DNA of 64,000 nucleotides, taken from Paragordius varius (lineage: Eukaryota > Animalia > Nematomorpha). Under the pieces are notes generated by a model. It did not search any database. It was not told where the DNA came from and was given only the letters and a program-made list of their open reading frames with translations. The stretch covers positions 7,192,001 to 7,256,000 of the forward strand of contig OZ176053.1 of assembly GCA_964247055.1 (NCBI GenBank), given 5' to 3'. The translations under genes and the position numbers were made by a program. This document shows positions 50,142-62,304 of the stretch, piece after piece; position 1 is the first letter of the stretch; the number at the start of each line of letters is the position of its first letter.

Positions 50142-50965
50142 TAACACTTTGATTCAAGTTGGGGTATGTAAATAACCCAGACAATATTTAAATTGAAATT
50201 CTTCGAAAACTACTGAAAGAAACAGTTACAATTTGAATTTATACTTTCCTAAAAATTTTTTATAAATAAGCCAACCAAATAAAATTTATTTTGGAAAAAA
50301 AGTTCCGTATCAAACTACTTGGACGCCATTTTTTACAGCATTTTCGCGAAATATTGTGTTTTTTTATTCTAAGCCTAAAATTAAGTTTATTTTTTTATTA
50401 AAATTACATTTAACATTTATATAAACAGAAAAAGTGGTGTATTTTGCATTATTTTTGTATTCTGTTTATGCACACATGTCATCTTGGCTAAATTTTTACC
50501 TTTCGGTTTTACCCCTGAATAAGTAATAATATGTATTTTTGAATGAATATTTTATTATGTTTCGGTTCATTGTTGTTGTTATAAGCTAGTCATGCAGTGA
50601 TTCTTGGCTTTCTCATATATTAATGTTCTTTATTTTTGACGATCCTGTGATTCCCTCAACAATTGAGGAAAAATTCGGTTTATTATTGATTTAAGCATGT
50701 CGATCCCGCTTTTTGGGTCGGCCCCTTCTACGAGTGCCATCTACCAACCCAAAAAGTATGCTTTTTTCTAGCGAGTCGGATCGCAGGATATGACCCAGAT
50801 ATTTTAGCTGTTTGAAGATTATTAAATGAAGTATAATGTTGTATAAAGGCAAACTTTTGCCATGGTTTTAATTTATGCCATATTATGTTTAAACAAGACT
50901 AGGGGATCTAAATGCTCCAATTTGAATCAAAGGACTATAAGGAATAGGTTGTATACAAGTGTTAA
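50142..50965. mobile_element. TTAA MITE copy with an insertion of about 260 bp
   Basis: TTAACAC...GTGTTAA ends; extra sequence at about 50575-50835 is absent from other copies. Confidence 0.8.
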
Positions 50966-51197
50966 AATAAACGCTAAACTGCCAGCGCGATTAAATTTTA
51001 AATATATGCTAAATTTTTGTATCAACTAAAATTATAAAAATATGCAAATTTTTAAAAATTTAATTTTAGCAAAATTATTTTGCGTACTTACTATTTTGAG
51101 GATATTGTAAACGGTATAAAAACGCCTCAAAACATTTTACAAACACTTTTTCTACATAATTCAATGATGATAAAAATTTCTATCTCTAAAATTTGAT

Positions 51198-51750
51198 TTA
51201 ACACTTGGATATAACACTCATTTTAGTCCTTCGATTCAAATTGAGGTAGTTGGATACCCTATGTTTAAAATCAAATACTTTAAAAAGTATGTAAGGAATC
51301 GAAACCATGGCAAAATTTTGCACTTATATAACAATTAAACAGAAATAAATAAAAAATTTTATTCAAAATACCTGATATTACTTATTTAAAGCTAAAACCG
51401 AAAGGTAAAAATTTACTCAACGTGCATGTGTGAAATGATAAAATCAAATAATACAAAATAAACCGCTTTTTTTCTCAATATTAGATAAAAAATAGCATTA
51501 AATTTACCCTCAAAATTAAATGAATACGATATTTTACAAAAATTTTATGCAATAAAAATGACGTCGAAGTAGTTTGACATGGAACTTTTTTTTCAAAACA
51601 AAAATTTATTAAGATATTTTGGCATATTTATATAATTTTTAGGATAGAAGCATAAATTTAAATGACCGTTTCCTTCAGTAGTTTTTTGAAAATATGATTT
51701 TAAATTTAGTCTGGGGTATTTAGATACCCCAATTTGAATCGAAGTGTTAA
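51198..51750. mobile_element. Full-length (553 bp) TTAA-flanked piggyBac-like MITE
   Basis: TTAACACTTGGATATAACACTCATTTTAGTCCTTCGATTCAAATTGAGGTAG...TAGATACCCCAATTTGAATCGAAGTGTTAA. Confidence 0.88.
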
Positions 51751-51920
51751 AGGTACTAATAAAAATGTAAGGGAATTTTTGTAAAAATACACAATATATT
51801 TTAACATAGGCTTGAATACTACATTTACTTCAAATTCTGATGTCATATAAATGTTTGGAATCCTCATATTAAATAAAAGTGTTTTTATAACACTGTGCGC
51901 AAAGTCGGGGGTTAAAATGC

Positions 51921-51957
<37 letters not shown>

Positions 51958-51978
51958 TAATGGAAAAATATATTAGAA

Positions 51979-52560
51979 TTAACACTTAGATACAACACAT
52001 TCATTTTAGTTCTTTCGATTTAAATTGGGGTAGTTAAATACCTTAGGCCTGTTTAAAATTGGATTTTTTAGAAAATATGGAAGTAATCAAAGTTATGGGA
52101 AAAATTTGCACTTATATAACATTAATAAAACGAAATTTATGAAAAATTTTATACAAAAATATTTGATATTACTTATTTTAAGCTAAAACCGAAAGGTAAA
52201 AATTTAATCAACGTGACATGTGTGCGATGGTAAAATTGAAAAATGATACAAAATAAACCGCTTTTTTTATTTCTATCAATGTTAGATGCAATTTAATTAG
52301 CTTTAATTTTACTCTTAAAATTAAATGAAAATTATATTTTGCAAAAAATTTATAAAATAAAAATGGCGTCGAAGTAGTTTGACATGATACTTTTTTTTCA
52401 AAACAAAATTTTATTTAGATATTTTGGCATATTTATATAATTTTTATTAGGATAGAAGCATAAATTTAAATTGAGACCGTTTCCCTCGGTAGTTTTTTAA
52501 ACTTTTAACTCAAATTTAGTCGGTGGTATTTAGAAACCCCAATTCGAATCAACGTGTTAA
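51979..52560. mobile_element. TTAA-flanked piggyBac-like MITE
   Basis: Both TTAACAC/GTGTTAA ends present; family internal sequence. Confidence 0.85.
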
Positions 52561-52594
52561 ACTCGTTCTTTTGGTGTTTTGGTCCTTAAGAGTG

Positions 52595-53115
52595 TTAACA
52601 CTTCGATTCAAATCGGGCTATATAAATACCCCAGACTTTTTTAAAAAACTGTAAAACGGCCCTAATTTAAGTTTATAATTTTACTCTAATAAAAAATATA
52701 TAAATAAGCCGAAATATCTAAATAAAATTTAGTTTTAAATCAGTATTAAACTACTTCGACGCAATTTTTATTCCGCAATATTTTTGCAAAATATTATGTT
52801 TATTCAATTTTAGAGCTAAAATCAAAACCACTTTTTTGTGTAAATCACATCTAACATATAGAAACAGAAAAACATGTTTTGTGTAGTATTTTATATTTGA
52901 GGCCTACATGTCAGGTTTTTTTACTTTGGGTTTCATTTTAACATAAGTAACATGTATTTTTGAATTAATTTTTTCTATATTTCGGTTTGTTATATAAGTG
53001 GAAACTTGGTTTTGAATCCTTCCATATTTTTTAGTATTTATTTTTAAACAGGCTTGGAGTATCCAACTACCCCATTTCGAATCAAAGGACTGAAATGAAT
53101 GTGTCCAAGTGTTAA
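52595..53115. mobile_element. TTAA-flanked piggyBac-like MITE, inverted relative to the previous copy
   Basis: Both ends present; more diverged interior. Confidence 0.8.
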
Positions 53116-53324
53116 GAAAGTAATTTACACTTTTGTGGCAAGTGCTCCATAAATAAAATTTTTTTGGTTAAAGTTAAATCTTTCATTACAAATCACTAAA
53201 ATATATTATGAACTGGATATAAAAAGCAAAACAATATTTTTAAAAAATTTTGATTGTTAGATATAGGCTCAGAAATTTTTTCGCTCTATAGGCTAGTTCT
53301 CTTAAAATAAAATAAAAAAAAGCG

Positions 53325-53795
53325 TTGCGTGATAGAAATTTAAAATATATGCTATATTTTGATATCACTAAAAGGATTTTTAAAAATATGCATACTTTTT
53401 AAAAAATTAAATTTTTGTAAAATTTTGTTGTTTATTTCATACTATTTTGAGGCATGATGGAAAAGGTATAAAGACCCTTAACATTTCTATCGTTTCATTT
53501 TTTATTTAAAAGGTTTGTTTGCTTTGAAATTTTGGTTAAGAAAAAATTTATTATAATCTTGAAGTCTAACGTTTAATTTATTCTGGGGTGATAGATATGT
53601 TCAGCATTATTGAAACATATGCAAAAAGTGTTTTTATAAAGTCTTAAAGCGTCCGTATACCGTTTCCATGATACCTCAAAATAATATGAAGTGCGCTTCA
53701 ACCAAATTCAATTTTTTTTTAAAAAAAATTATACATATTTTTAATATTTTTAGTTGATATGAAAATTTAACATATTTTTAAAGTTTTTATCGCGT
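53325..53795. repeat. Foldback element; related half-copy near 50985-51150
   Basis: gcgtgatagaaatttaaaatatatg...actattttgaggc pairs with cctcaaaataat...catatttttaaagtttttatcgcg. Confidence 0.6.
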
Positions 53796-54269
53796 ATTCT
53801 CTTCATTGCGGGTTTTTCAAGAAAACCAGCCCATTTCAAACGAGTAAATTGGGAATTTTAGAGCCCACATCAATAAATTTTTCGATAAAAATTATTGTAT
53901 TTTACAGGTAGTTCATGAACAATTTTAGTGATATTTTTTGGAACGAAGCATTTAGCTACCAAAAAAATTTTATTTTTAAAAATTTGCACAAATTTTCTAT
54001 ATTCTGGTATGGACCACTTACAACAAAAAGGTAATAACTTTCTTAAATTACTCCTAAATGCCAAAACCAAAAGCACCTTAATAATCCTGATAATTTCTAC
54101 CAGACTTATATATATTTCGTCAAGTTTTTTGTGGACACTGTAAGTATTTTTAAGTAACGCAACTTAATTAGAGCCAAAAATATATTTTAGGGTATTATCA
54201 AAAAACGAAAGAAGTTCATCACTTATGTAGGTTGAGATGTGGTAGAAACTATATGGAAAGGGGTGGCTG

Positions 54270-55740
54270 AAAGACAAAAAAATAATTTGAAATCGCGAGA
54301 GAAAATTAAAGGTTTCAAAATGTGGAGGTTTATTTACTAAACAGAACTAGGAAAAATATTAAAGGATTAATAAGGAATAAAAAGGCTTACGACAATGCTT
54401 AAAAACAGAAAACGGAATCACTATATGAGGAGTTAAATGGTAGAAGTCTAAATAAAATTTTTAGAATTGCTCGACAAAAACGTTGAGTACACTGGCTTGC
54501 CCCCTTATGCGACCGCTATAAAAGACAAAAACGGTAAATTATTCGTTGATTAATTTTTCCAGGGCCTTGAATTGGGCGTCAGTGCAGCAATTCACCCGAA
54601 ACACCAGATCATACGAACTGTTGGAAAATATGATATAGAAAGAGATTCCAAACGGATAAACTAGCTAGTACAGGTATAATACCGTTCGAATGAAAGGAAA
54701 GTTTACCCTTCCTATTTTTAAAAGTAAAGATACATAAATGATTGTAACAATAACAGAATAAGCTTGATGTCTTACAAAATGAAGTTACCTGAGAAAAATA
54801 GAAAAATGGATGAGAAGGATGATTAGTTTCGAGCACTCAAGGAAAAATTTTACGACAAAAAATATTTGTCTTGTTTCAAGGGCCGCGCACCATATAATAC
54901 CAATAAAAATTTCACTGTTTGACACATTTGCAGATGTTTATATTAAATAATAAATCAATGAACCTAATATATATTTCAGGGCCACAAATATGTACTTTTA
55001 AAGCCGTAGGCCACGGGTTGAGTATGGCCGGTTTAAAAGGTAATCAACGTTTTATTCCTGAAAATACACCATCAATCTTATTCTGTTAGAAAGTTAAGTA
55101 AAGAGCTAGAAAAGAAAAGGGAGTTTTATGGAATATTTATTAATATTGAAAAAGCGTTTGTGCCACGGACTATAATATAATGGAGTTCAACACCAAAAGT
55201 ATGAAAGTTACATAAAAATCTTAAAAAGCGTGTATAGCTCTCACCATACCAAAGTTAAAGACATCAGAGAGTATCAGATCCTATTGAAATAAACCAAAGC
55301 ATCTATCAGAGGTCAGCAATCAGTCTGTTGCAAATTAATCAAATGGATAATTCAAAGAAATAGACATGGTGGCTTATATTTGCTTTATGCAGATAATAGT
55401 TGTCACACAAGTTGCATGAAATGATCTTTAACACATCATATAAATTTGAGAATTCGAAATAGTTGGTAAAATTTCTTTTAATTGTTTTATCCGATAAAAT
55501 ATTGATTCAAAAGTAAAGGGTAATAATTAGAGTGCTTTACAGTCAACCATAACTCACAGATATTTAAAAAATCAGAAAAAAGTACTTTAAGTTTAAATGT
55601 GAATGCTTAGATTAATGTGCGGTGTAAGAGGAAAGACAAAATGAAGAATTAAGATACTAAAGAAATCGAACCGGTAAAGCAAACGATTATGTTAAATCAT
55701 ATTATATGATTTAGACATATAGAAGGAAGAGATGGTAATC
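54270..55740 (+). mobile_element. Highly degenerate RTE-like LINE reverse transcriptase remnant
   Basis: Fragments resembling FxDxEKAF (ttattaatattgaaaaagcgttt), HQGSA (tatcagaggtcagca) and LYADD (ctttatgcagataat). Confidence 0.5.
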
Positions 55741-56449
55741 ACATCGGTAAAATATTCATTAATATATTGTAAAAGTTAAGAGTCAAAGACGGCGCCTTAA
55801 AACGCGGTGGATCTATTAAAAAACTTAAAGCAAAGTCTCTACATTTTGCGTTTATTTAAACAAGGTTATTTTAGAGGTTAAAAATGTTTACGCTGTATTT
55901 CATTTAAAATCAGGGCATGGATATACACATTAAAAATATTTGGCAAGTTTTCCAGAAATTTAAACTAAATTTTAGAAAATTTCAAAATATATAGTTAATA
56001 CCCAGTTTAACCTAGTTTTTATAAACTCATCCAGATCTTTTTAGATTTTTTAAACACGTTTTAAATAGCCAAACACACAAATGTTTTATTAAAAATAATT
56101 TTTTTCAAAGCTATTTTGTTTTTAATCTAGCTATAGAGTTATACGAAAATATAATTAAAATAAGCGCTTTGCATTTTAGCTATAATTATACGAAATACTG
56201 GAAACAGCGGTTTATTTTTAGGTTCTATATGGCTAAGGTGACCAGACGTCCCGCTTTTTCACACTTTGTCCCGCGTCCCGCTACGTTTTTAAAATGTCCC
56301 GCTTTTTCACGATTATATAAAAAAATTTTTGTAATACAAATAAATTTTTTTATCCGTTTATATTTTTTATCATGAAATATCTTAATCTATTTATTTCGCA
56401 TATGATTTTACACTTTGCTTTCTACTACTACTGTCATCATTCTCAAAAA

Positions 56450-56850
56450 GCAAGTTAATACCACAAATCTCTAGATTAAAAGACAAATTAATACCACAAA
56501 TCGGTAGCTTACACGTTTATTTCAGGAAATTAAGGTTATATAATATTTACTATGCTAATATTTTAGTTTTATTACTTGCTAACATATCAAAAAGCCAAAT
56601 TAATACCACAAATCGGTAGCTTAAAAGACAAATTGATACCACAAATCGGGACCTTACACGTTTATTTTAGAAAATTAAGGTAATATAATATTTATTATAC
56701 TAATATTTTAGTTTATTACTTGCCAACATTGTTAAAAAGCCAAATTAATACCACAAATCGGTAGCTTAAAAGACATATTGATACCACAAATCGGTACCTT
56801 ACACGGTTATTCCAGAAAATTAAGGTAATATAATAATTATTATACTAATA
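56450..56850. repeat. Three imperfect tandem units of about 145 bp in the hAT 5' region
   Basis: ATACCACAAATC occurs six times in pairs with similar spacers. Confidence 0.8.
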
Positions 56851-57833
56851 GTAGTTTATAAATATGAGCACAAAAAGAGGATGTAAATTCAACGATGAAT
56901 TAATGAAAGATTTTCCTTTTATCAAAAAAACGAAGAATGAATCATCTGTTGAATGTCTTATATGTGAGGGGGAATTCACCCTAGCACATGGCGGCAAGAT
57001 AGATATTACAAAGCATATGGAAACACAGAAACATAAAAAATGTTTAGATAAGCGATTTTTTTCGAAAAACCGCTTTTGGAGAGGAAGAAAGGAATTTGGC
57101 ACTAGCTGAGGGCGTGTTATCTTTTCACGCCGTTAATCACAATCATTCCTTTAGATCTATGGACTGTACCTCACAGGTTATTCGCACCTTATTCAATAAA
57201 AAATTTACATGTACCCGTACAAGGGCTGAAGCCATTGTATGCAATGTCCCTTTCGCCACATGCATTTTCTGAAATACAAGAAGATTTACTGAAAATTAAT
57301 TTCATATCGCTATACTTTGATGCATCTCACAAGGAAACAAAATTATTTCCCACTTTAATAAGATATTTTGATCCACAAACTGGAGTAATTAAAATTTTAG
57401 ATTTTATTTCGCCACCCGGTGTAAATTCCGACATAAGTTTTATTTCAATAATGAATATTTTAGAAAATAATAATTTAAAAGGCGAAATCATCGCATATTG
57501 CGCTGATACCATTACGAACTTCAGTGGAAAAGCAAGGAGGGGAACAAAAAATATTTTTCATAAATTAGCAAATAATCTTAATCAAAACATTATTGGCATT
57601 GGGTGTGCAGCGCATTTACACAACGCTATTCAAACAGCTACTGATTTGTTCTCCTAGATGTGGAAAATTTGGTTATTAAAATATATATCTTTTTTATATA
57701 TACACGGTACGCGTTGAAACGCTTCAGGAATTCTGTGAAAATGCAGAAGTTCAATATCAAAAAATGCTAGGATATTGTAAAACTCGTTGGTTAGCTCTTT
57801 TGCCAGCTATCGAAAGAATTTTAAAAATGTATG

Positions 57834-58160
57834 TGTTAATTGGTTATAACCTTAAGTTATATTATTATTTTTTATTATATAATTTATATGACATTGTATG
57901 TACAAGTATTCTAATTATAGTTGCCAACTTGATAACCTTAAATTATACGACATTGTATTTAATAAGTAATCTAATGACTATTATATATATGGATATTTTA
58001 TATGACATTGTATTTGATACAAATAGTATTCTAATTTATTATTGTAATTTATCCTTGCTAAAATATATAAATACACCTATACCAACACTGAGCTATCAGT
58101 TAATAAATGTACTTAATTTGAGTTATTAATTCATATGTCGTCTCTATTCTAAACGCATTA
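57834..58160 (+). repeat. 5' LTR (TG...TA)
   Basis: tgttaattgg...ctaaacgcatta; matches 61978-62304. Confidence 0.95.
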
Positions 58161-58161
58161 T

Positions 58162-58170
58162 TGGTGCCGT
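58162..58170 (+). promoter_or_regulatory. Primer-binding site, probably tRNA-His
   Basis: TGGTGCCGT one base after the LTR; complementary to the ...ACGGCACCA 3' end of tRNA-His (9 nt). Confidence 0.7.
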
Positions 58171-58172
58171 TA

Positions 58173-60812
58173 ATGGACGAAATTTCCAAAATCAGTATTA
58201 ACGAATACGATCCAAACACTAAATTTAAACAATACTTAAAGCACGTGAATCGTATCTTAATCGCTAAAAACATTAATCCAAATGATGAAATATTAAAAAA
58301 CTTATTCCTGGCCTATGCAGGACTACGCACAATCTCTAAACTGGAAAACCAAGCGTTTCCTACGAAAATAGAGGAGATGACATGGGCTCAAATTCAAAAA
58401 TTGGCAATGCAAATCTTTGCCCCGGACAAAAGCATATGGCTGAGTCGTAAAGAATTCTTTAAAACAACCAGACAAGAAGGCGAACCAATCATGAGTTATA
58501 TGGAAAGATTAAAAGTACTAGCTGACGATTGTGATTTTGAAGGCAATATCTCATACTTATTAAGAGATGTTTTCTTGATAGGACTAAATATGCCAATCCT
58601 AGAACGGGAATTACATATAAGATTCCCCACGGGCCAAAATGAAGGCGAACCAGTGTCACTACAAATGGTAATTGATATGGCGCATTCCCTCGAAGTGATT
58701 GAACCGAAGGTGCTGAAAATCCGCCAAGAAAGAACCATACACCAAAGAGACTGCCAAAGATGTGGGAAATGTCATGCAATCGATAAATGCAGTGCAAAGG
58801 GTCAACGATGCTATAAGTGCGGAAAATACAACCATTTTGCAAAGTATTGCCGAACCAAATATCCCACCAAACCAGGTATTCGGGCAGTGACAAATTCAAC
58901 GGGGATGGGCCCAACGATAACAGTGCAACTTAACGGAATAGAAACATCAATGTTGTTTGACACCGGTGCGGATGTGACAGTTATCAATGAGAGATGCTGG
59001 AAATCAACAGGACAACCACGACTGGAGGTAGGACAAAGACTATCCACATACAATAATGAAACTATCCCAACCATGGGTAAAACAGAATTGCGCGTAACAA
59101 TGAACGGTATGACAAAAACCCTTGAATGTTTTGTAACCGAGGGAGATCGGCCATTAATTTTTGGTCTCCCTTGGATCCGTGCATTTGCTTTAAATTTACC
59201 AGATAATGTGATGATCAATAATATAACTAATAAATCTATATATAACCAGTATAATAGGTTGTTCTCGGACGGGTTAGGCTGTCTTAAGGATATGGAGGTA
59301 TCGATTGCGATAAAAAATAATGCAACACCCAAAATATACCCTTGCAGGAGAGTTCCCCTACCCCTCCAAGAACGTGTGGAAAAGGAACTAGATAGATTGA
59401 TAAACCTAGGTATCTTGAGAAAAATTGACCCAAATAGGGAGCGAATATCGTGGGCCACACCAACAGTAAATATATTAAAACCAAATGGCCAAATAAGGAT
59501 ATGTGCGGATTTTCGAATCAGCCTCAATCCTCATTTGCTACCCGATTCTCATGTAATCCCCACCTTTGATGAACTAATCTCAAGAACAGCTCAAGGGACA
59601 GTTTTTACGTCACTAGACTTGAAGGATGCTTACCTGCAAATTCCCATAAAACAATCATCACAACCACTACTGACCATAACTACCCATCAAGGTTTTTATT
59701 GTTACCAACGACTTCCATTTGGGTTGACTACGGCCCCTCATATATTTCAACGAATCATGGATAATTTGATTGGTGATATACCAGGTATATGTATCTATTT
59801 AGATGACATATTAATATCAGGTAAAACAAGAACCGAACATGACGCCACATTGACCAGGGTATTGCAACGATTGGAAGCTGCAGGGTTGAAACTGAGCCGA
59901 GACAAATTGCAACTTGCCGTTTCATCTGTCAATTACATGGGATATGAAATTTCAAAGAATGGAATTCGTCCCACCAATGACAAAATTCAAGCTTTGATCA
60001 ATTGTCCGAGACCCACCAATAAGACAGAACTAAGATCATTTTTAGGACTGCTAAACTTTCATGAACGATTCATACCAAATCTCCATCAAGCGATATGCAA
60101 CCTCCACAGAAACACAGGTTCAATTAGACCATGGGCCTGGACCGAGATAGAAGAAGAGGAGTTCCAATCCGCAAAACAACTAATGATAAATTACAATACA
60201 TTAATACCGTATAACCCAAATTGGCCAATACTAATAGAAACAGACGCATCAAACAAGGGATTTGGAGCGATCTTACTACATATTACCCCGGAAGGAAAGC
60301 GTCCCATATCATACGCTTCACGCAAATGTACCGATGCCGAAACCAATTATTCAACAATAGAGAAAGAAGCAAAAGCTATCACGTATGCTATAGAAAAATT
60401 TAAACCATTTATATATGGTAGAAAATTCAAAATTATAACCGACCACAAACCACTAATCGGGTTATTTGGTCGAACTCGAAATTTACAAAATATTAATAAT
60501 GCTAAACTTCTTAGATGGATCTATAAAACATCGGGATACGACTATGAAATCGAATATAAAAAAGGGCAAAACAACTTAGCCGACGCTCTATCCAGATTAC
60601 CAAATAATGATAATACCATGGAGGTGCAAAATGAAGATGATGAGGTATCACACACGGTAAAATTTTTAACTATGAATAAATTTAATCTAAGTAAAGAGTT
60701 AGTGGAGGAGGAGATAAGGTTAGATCCATTGGCAAACAAACTTAAATCAGCAATAAGAACAAATGATTGGAGTGATCCAAGTATAAAGGAATTTCTGAAA
60801 GTAAAAAAATGA
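58173..60812 (+). CDS. Gag-protease-RT-RNase H polyprotein in a single ORF
   Basis: CYKCGKYNHFAKYC zinc knuckle, LFDTGAD, RLPFGL, YLDD, ETDAS, TDHKPL, ADALSR. Confidence 0.95.
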   Translation: MDEISKISINEYDPNTKFKQYLKHVNRILIAKNINPNDEILKNLFLAYAGLRTISKLENQAFPTKIEEMTWAQIQKLAMQIFAPDKSIWLSRKEFFKTTRQEGEPIMSYMERLKVLADDCDFEGNISYLLRDVFLIGLNMPILERELHIRFPTGQNEGEPVSLQMVIDMAHSLEVIEPKVLKIRQERTIHQRDCQRCGKCHAIDKCSAKGQRCYKCGKYNHFAKYCRTKYPTKPGIRAVTNSTGMGPTITVQLNGIETSMLFDTGADVTVINERCWKSTGQPRLEVGQRLSTYNNETIPTMGKTELRVTMNGMTKTLECFVTEGDRPLIFGLPWIRAFALNLPDNVMINNITNKSIYNQYNRLFSDGLGCLKDMEVSIAIKNNATPKIYPCRRVPLPLQERVEKELDRLINLGILRKIDPNRERISWATPTVNILKPNGQIRICADFRISLNPHLLPDSHVIPTFDELISRTAQGTVFTSLDLKDAYLQIPIKQSSQPLLTITTHQGFYCYQRLPFGLTTAPHIFQRIMDNLIGDIPGICIYLDDILISGKTRTEHDATLTRVLQRLEAAGLKLSRDKLQLAVSSVNYMGYEISKNGIRPTNDKIQALINCPRPTNKTELRSFLGLLNFHERFIPNLHQAICNLHRNTGSIRPWAWTEIEEEEFQSAKQLMINYNTLIPYNPNWPILIETDASNKGFGAILLHITPEGKRPISYASRKCTDAETNYSTIEKEAKAITYAIEKFKPFIYGRKFKIITDHKPLIGLFGRTRNLQNINNAKLLRWIYKTSGYDYEIEYKKGQNNLADALSRLPNNDNTMEVQNEDDEVSHTVKFLTMNKFNLSKELVEEEIRLDPLANKLKSAIRTNDWSDPSIKEFLKVKK

Positions 60813-61977
60813 GATTCAAATATATTATAATCTTTTATTTGTAAATGACAGATTACTAATACCCACATCTTTGCAGCGGGACGTAATGAAATTCCTACAT
60901 ACTGGATATAACGGAGCGCAATCGATGAAACAACAAGCAAGACAATCCATATATTGGCCAAACTTAGAAAAAGATTTAGAAAATTTTGTAGAAACATGTG
61001 AACCGTGTCAAAGAAACAAGCCTAATATAAAGGAAAATCCAACGTGGAAATGGAATTTCAACACCGCGTTGTGGGAGAGAATTCACATCGACATAGCCGG
61101 CCCCATAGATGGTTATTTTTGGTTAGTTACCATTGATAGCGCTTCAAGATGGGTTGAGGTGGATCTACTCAAATCGATAACCTCACAACAATTATTGAAT
61201 TGTTTAGAAAAACACATGGCCAGATTTGGTTTTCCGAGACAGATAGTCACTGATAATGGGCCATACTTTACATCCCATGAATTTAGAAGTACCTTACATA
61301 ATCTTAATATAAAACATATTTTAGTGAGTCCATACCATCCCAAGTCCAATGGATTGGTTGAAAGATGTATTGCAACCCTCAAATTCAGATATAGAGCTAC
61401 GAAAACGCAAACAATGCATGCCCACGAGGCAATCAACACGATTTTATATGGCTATCGAAACTCAACACACAGTGCCATTATGAATACACCATCACAAGTC
61501 TTTCTGAAGAGACACCCAAATGGTCCGATGTCATGGCTCAAAACACAAACAACTGAGTTTATCGATAATGAAATAGAACCGACTCGCCAGTTCGTTCCAA
61601 GAGAGAAGGTTTTTATAAAAAATGAAATAGAAAAAGGATGGAGGGCAGGGGAAATATTAGAACGCCGGGGTCCATTATCATATATGGTAACAGACGAAAC
61701 AGACAGAGTTCTTAGAAAACACGCTGATCAATTAAAACAAAGAATGGAATGTCCGAGAACAACCACGCCAGCGCCCGAAACACCAATTAATTCCGAAGAA
61801 TATACCTCTACTCCACCAGATCTCGAAGCCATAAACAATAATATACAACCATCGCCAATAGGCATAACCACACAGGATAATAACGTAGCTCCAACAACGA
61901 ATATAGACATGCCTAAACCCAGGTACCCACAACGCCAGCGAAAACCCCCAGACCGCTTTACTATAGGGGGAAGATAA
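60810..61977 (+). CDS. Integrase, +1 frame relative to the upstream polyprotein
   Basis: KNEIQIYYN...LHTGYNG...CEPC, IHIDIAGP, TDNG, SNGLVER; frames join if one A is removed from the A7 run at 60803-60809. Confidence 0.9.
61965..61977 (+). promoter_or_regulatory. Polypurine tract
   Basis: AGGGGGAAGATAA immediately before the 3' LTR. Confidence 0.85.
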
Positions 61978-62304
61978 TGTTAATTGGTTATAACCTTAAG
62001 TTATATTATTATTTTTTATTATATAATTTATATGACATTGTATGTACAAGTATTCTAATTATAGTTGCCAACTTGATAACCTTAAATTATACGACATTGT
62101 ATTTAATAAGTAATCTAATGACTATTATATATATGGATATTTTATATGACATTGTATTTGATACAAATAGTATTCTAATTTATTATTGTAATTTATCCTT
62201 GCTAAAATATATAAATACACCTATACCAACACTGAGCTATCAGTTAATAAATGTACTTAATTTGAGTTATTAATTCATATGTCGTCTCTATTCTAAACGC
62301 ATTA
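61978..62304 (+). repeat. 3' LTR
   Basis: Appears identical to the 5' LTR; followed by TSD GTATG. Confidence 0.95.

Larger units (their letters stand above)
57834..62304 (+). mobile_element. Full-length Ty3/Gypsy LTR retrotransposon (4471 bp)
   Basis: Two 327-bp LTRs that appear identical; 5-bp TSD GTATG; PBS, PPT and gag-PR-RT-RH-IN order. Confidence 0.97.

Noticed and set aside
56450-56850. Regularly spaced ATACCACAAATC repeats resembling a CRISPR array
   Set aside because: Spacers are themselves repeated, the context is eukaryotic and there are no cas genes; it is a tandem repeat inside the hAT.
58489-61932. Antisense and alternative-frame ORFs over the Gypsy pol
   Set aside because: Expected shadow ORFs of a long, less AT-rich coding region; no motifs.
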